DNA of 54,545 bases, the filler included, from Sluysia triapertura (lineage: Eukaryota), in NCBI GenBank assembly GCA_046118255.1. It is 4 parts of 4 records of this genome, joined end to end, with 100 filler letters (N's around TTAATTAATTAA, not from the genome) between each part and the next. Parts side by side here need not be neighbours in the genome. Positions count along the whole stretch, not along the records: positions 40,622 to 54,545 come from JBJNIA010014423.1; 3 more parts are not named here. The stretch is one strand, 5' to 3'. The notes below the pieces were generated by a model that was not told the origin of the DNA, ran no database searches, and saw nothing but the letters and a program-made list of their open reading frames with translations. Below are positions 49,811 to 54,545 of this stretch, piece after piece. Each line of letters begins with the position of its first letter. The first letter of the stretch is position 1. The translations under genes and the position numbers were made by a program.

Positions 49811-49922
49811 TTAGTATATCCAAAAAATAAATAAAAATAATAATATTTATATAATAAATAATGTAATTATAATAAAATATGTAATATTTTAAATTATATT
49901 TTTAATTATCTATATAATTAAG

Positions 49923-50065
49923 ATAAGCAAGTGCTAGATGGAAAACCAAGATGGTACAAATTATCGGAAATGCATGAAGTTGATATACCTGGTTTACGGC
50001 AACCTGGACATCGTGGTGGAGGTGGAGATGGGCAACACTCTGGTGGTACTCGATCTTCATCCAAG
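49923..50065 (+). CDS. Piccolo/RIM-family C2A domain exon 3 plus Gly-rich linker
   Basis: Phase-1 join. Reads NKQVLDGKPRWYKLSEMHEVDIPGLRQPGHRGGGGDGQHSGGTRSSSK; LD..PRWY.L closes C2A; donor gtttgt. This is a different frame from listed ORF 49938-50171. Confidence 0.88.
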
Positions 50066-52297
50066 GTTTGTTTTCAGAAGTAGCATGTTACAATTAAGTA
50101 ATTATTTTTTCAAATATTTAACTTTATCTTACTTGGAAATAGTTTGTGCTACATTTGAATTAAAGCTTTAAAATGTATAATAAGACTTTGTTGATTAAAC
50201 AAATTTGTCAATTCAGTGATTTTAATAAACATTTAGAAAAATTGACAAAAATACAATTTTGTTCACCCTTTCTTTTGTTAAAATATTAGAAAATGATGGA
50301 ACTCATAAAATAACAATGGTGTTACGCATTGCCAGCACGAATATACTTGTGATGCCTTCAATATATTATAACGTACAACTTGTGGAGCTTTCAAACCTTT
50401 TATGGCCACAAACATAAATATACATGTGTAAAATTTTGAAAAAAAAATATAAATAAATTGATTTTTACAAAAATTCTACTTTAGTTATTAATTTGTTATG
50501 TTTATTTCCTAACTAATAATTTATTTATAAGTACTCTGACTCTAAACTCAGAGTCGAATTGTTCAATGTGTACATGATCATGTTATCTCTGGGACGAAAT
50601 AGAATCTAAATAATCGTCAGCAGTGAATAACCAGCCTTTGAAAATTTGCAGAAAATCGAGTTCCGTTTTTTAGTATTTTTATACTTTCATCGATTAGTTT
50701 TTTTTGCTTAAACGTGTGAAAATAAGAAAAATGATATCGAGTCCTGTTGCATTCCCATGTTCATGTTTGATTTTTATTCATGTAAGTGATTATTTATGAC
50801 AAAATATGTACATTTATCTTGAAATAACAGTAACATTCAAAACAGAAAAGGCAAGGCGAATAACTTCATATAATTTAGCCTTGGCAGCCAATGGGTTAAT
50901 CAACTTATCAAATCGCATAAACGAAAAACAAATAATTGTACTTCGACCACATAATACTATAAATAGAGTAAATTATCCGGAAAAAAAGATAACTTTGCTG
51001 GGATGCTTGTTTGATAGTTGAAGTCAGTGTTTTTAAGTGATGTTTTCATTTTTAACGCAATCTAAAATTCGATAAATATCAATTTAAACTTTATAAAGTT
51101 TGTAGAAATATTTCATATTTTATGCAATAAAAATTAATTAAAATAATTTTAATTTCAGTCAAAATCATCAAATTACAAATCAAAGGACTTAAAAAGTAAG
51201 ATGTGCGTAATTTGCATTTTGACTGTTCTACAAGTATGTCATTATAGTTGTATTGATTTTAAATTTGAGATTAGAGCTTCATTCAAAGTATTCTTATTTT
51301 GTAATATGATTTATAATAAAGTTTATTGTAGATATCATTATAAGAATGCTTAAGTATGTATGTGTTTGTTTAAAAAACGTTGTACGATAAACGTTGTTTA
51401 AATATTTGTTTGACTAATAATTGACGTGATTAATAAAAAAACATAAGTAGTAATTATTCTTGTTACTTGAATATCCATATCTTTAATTTAGAATATAATT
51501 ATAGTAATAGCAATAATAATAATGATAATAATGATGTTTTAATAAAATAAAATAAGTATTTTATGTAATTTATAAATTGATTATTTTCTTTGTGTTTATG
51601 TATTAATTTGTTTCTAGAATTTGTTACAATTTTAGGTTTTATTTATGCATTTTTAATTAGAAAAATAAATTTTGTAGTTATTTAGTGATATTATTAATTT
51701 TTTATCAGAAAAACTTATATATTTGTAGCTATAAGCAACTGAATTAGAATTTAAAAATTTATATTTATTGATTTTATAAATTTAAATAATTATATTTCTT
51801 ATTTTTAAAGTTTTAATTTATTTTTTGGATTATTTAGAATGTAATCTTAATATTAATTTTAAATCAAATTGGAAGAATTTAATTAATTAGTTAATTAGTT
51901 AATACTTTACAAAATAAATTTGAAAATTATTCTAACATTAAATTTTACTTATTTTATCGAAAGTAATAAAACCTAAAACTTTTTACTTATTCCAAACCGT
52001 ACTTGTAAAAATATTTAATATTGAAAAATATTTAATTATAATGCACAATTAATTGAAATTTGTCTCAAATTCACAATAGTTGTTGAGAATTCTATATGAA
52101 TTATATTTTTAATCTGCTTGAAAATTGCGGTGAATAGTTAGTATTTACTTTGAGAATGAAAATGTACGGAAATGTTTCATCGTTGATCTTATTGATCTTA
52201 TTTTTTGTAGTATAATTTAAAATATTGAGCCACTTCGCTTAAGAATAAGTTTGTAATAGTAATGAAAATCTCAGCTAAACACAATGTATAAGTAATA

Positions 52298-52443
52298 CAC
52301 TCAAACCTGTTTTTGTGCGGTGGATAGGGACTGCATAAAAGAAAACGCATAAAAAAATCGCATAAAACTTCACAAGTACCTATAAAAATAGTTGTCGAAA
52401 AACGTACAAATGAAAAAGGACCGCATAAAAACAGGTTTGAGAG
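52298..52443. mobile_element. 146-bp MITE of Tc1/pogo type
   Basis: 24-bp TIRs CACTCAAACCTGTTTTTGTGCGGT versus rc CTCTCAAACCTGTTTTTATGCGGT, TA on both sides, internal GCATAAAA repeats. Confidence 0.88.
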
Positions 52444-53289
52444 TAATATTCTATTTATACGTGCGTTTTTTTAATTATATTAATAAATGAAGTAAATGGT
52501 TGGCTACAAAATGTAAAACAAATGAATACACATCAGATAATTTAAGTGAAGAAAACCTCGAAGAACTAAATAATGTTTAAAATTAAAAAAGTTATTCAAT
52601 TTCTCACGAACCCTAGTAATTATCATTTTAAAATTGATAATTTACAATTGAATTTTATTTGAATTTATTATTTTATTTTAGTTTTTTGTGTTACTTTAAA
52701 ATTTGTTTTAATATTGTTTAATTGAAAAAATAGCAATGAAAAATATTTAGTGTTTTTTATGAATATCCGTTGTTGATTTTCAATTTGTATATTTTTTGTT
52801 CTTATAAAATTAACTTAAAAAATAAAATAAACATAAAATAAAATGTCTGAAAAAGGAAGAAAATTTTCTTTTCGTTGTACAGAAATTGTGTAATCGTTTC
52901 TATGTAACTTTTAATATTTTTGTTTTACATTAAAATATAGATTATTATTTAAAAAACGTTTTTTTTTGTTAATTTTTAATTTATTATTTTTTATCACTAT
53001 ACATTTTATGCAATTTAAAAATTTATTAAAACATAATTGTTACAACGTTATAATATAAAAAACTTTTTCTTTAATAAACAATTTACAATTTTATTTTGCA
53101 ATGAAATATTTATTTAGATCAAAAGTTCTACATAAAATAAACAATATTTTAAATTCGAAACTTTTGTTGATTATTTTAATTATAATTGCAAAGTATATAA
53201 AATGTTTCTCATTAACGAAGATAATAAAATAATAGTTGTTATTGATGTAAAAATAAAAGTATACAAAAAAGTAAATAATAAAATAAGTA

Positions 53290-54070
53290 ACTGAATAATA
53301 AGAAAAAATAATAATGCAATATCAGTAGTCACTTATGGAAAAAAAATAATTTATGTAAAATAAAAGAAAACAAAAAATAAAATAATAAAATTAATAAAAG
53401 TTTTGTAATTTAAATAAAACGAAAATAAATGCATAAGATAATAGTAGCTATTTATATGAAAAGAATAAAATAAAATAATAGTAGATATTTATGGAAAAAG
53501 ATAATAATCTATGTAAAGAAATTATATATGTAAAAATAAAAGTAAAAAATATAACAATAATATAATAGTAGTTACAGATGTTTAAATAAAAGGAAAATAA
53601 ATAAATTATGGTAGCTATTTATGGAAAAAGACAAAGATATGTGTAAAAGAAAAAAGATAATAATATAATAGTAGTTACAGATGTAAAAATAAAAGAAAAT
53701 AAATAAAATCATGGAAAAAGACAATAATTTATGTAAAAGAAAAAAGATAATAATAATATAATAGTAGTTACATATGTAAAAAGATAAGAAAAAAAATAAA
53801 ATAATAGTATTTATTTGTGGAAGAAAATAATGAATGTAAAAGAAAAAAAATGTAATATTAATATCATAGAAGTCATTTATGTAAAAAAGAAAAGAAAAGA
53901 AATAATAGTAGTTATTTATGGAAAAAGACAATAATGTATGTAAAAATAAAAGAAAACAAAAAAGATAATAATATAAGATAATAATATAATAATAATAAAA
54001 ATACAAGAAAACAAAAAAGGAAATAAAATAAGAGTAATAAAAAAATAAAGTAATAGTAGTCATTTGTAGT
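53290..54070. repeat. Degenerate A-rich minisatellite
   Basis: Recurrent AATAGTAGTTA, TTTATGGAAAAAGACAATAAT and ATGTAAAA blocks. This repeat accounts for the low-complexity ORF 53572-54063. Confidence 0.85.
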
Positions 54071-54545
54071 AAAAAGAAAATAAAACTTAAAGTTTCTTAT
54101 AAACTGCTGAGTTGTTTAAAACTAAATTAAGATAATGCATAAATATTTTTTAAATAAATACAACAGAAATCTAAAATATGTATTCGAAAAATGAATATAT
54201 TTACAAATATTTCTATTTTGAAATAAGTAAGTTTTATATACTTTTTCGTTATAAATTTATGATACCAATTATCATTATTATCCCTTTGGAACAACCTTTT
54301 GATATGTGTATAATTTTAAAGATGGGACAACATAAATTTTGACTGACGTGATGAACTCAGCCTCAAACTATACATTTTACCTACAAAAATATAAAATAAA
54401 AAACAAATCAACCAAATTTCAATCTAATCTAAAATAATTGAAAAATTAACAAAATACAAATAACAATCAAAATACCAGTAACAACATATTTTAACGCGAA
54501 AACCTTATCATGTTCAACAACTTACACAACATTCATTCATTAAAA

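Noticed and set aside
50320-50899. piggyBac element ending GGCAGCCAATGGG-TTAA
   Set aside because: One plausible end, but the partner TIR is too degenerate and lacks a clean TTAA.
53572-54063. 163-aa F/Y/I-rich ORF as a membrane protein
   Set aside because: It is the translation of an A-rich minisatellite's opposite strand.
1-54545. tRNA or rRNA genes
   Set aside because: No cloverleaf with A/B boxes and no rRNA-like GC-rich conserved tract noticed by eye; tRNAscan-SE or barrnap would be decisive.

Overview
Very AT-rich, repeat-dense eukaryotic (animal) DNA with GT-AG introns, not prokaryotic. It consists of four segments joined by three identical 100-nt spacers (44 N + TTAATTAATTAA + 44 N), so adjacency across them is not guaranteed. 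AT content, (AAT)n tracts, ~40-nt introns and the TE mix would fit a flatworm-like invertebrate, but this is a guess. Host genes read directly from the sequence: three exons of an extracellular LamG/pentraxin-type protein (3969-9313), a complete 7-exon ~150-aa Groucho/TLE Q-domain-only (AES-like) gene (23230-23973), and three exons of a Piccolo/RIM-family C2A domain (44180-50065). Most of the rest is decayed mobile DNA: IS630/Tc1, mariner, piggyBac, a pogo-like MITE, L2/CR1, Copia and a Maverick/Polinton integrase. There are also orphan or cargo-like genes (tandem RNase H1 hybrid-binding domains, a CCCH-finger pseudogene, an acidic pseudogene between inverted arms). The least explained signal is a dispersed, structure-conserved non-coding module. 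It comprises five copies of a 51-53-nt hairpin with compensatory stem changes and conserved AAATC / GCC..TAA / AAYTCAC motifs, associated with an ACCTCC(AG) box and with arrays of short variable-sequence hairpins each followed by GTAA(A). All family assignments are by-eye motif recognition; no searches were run.
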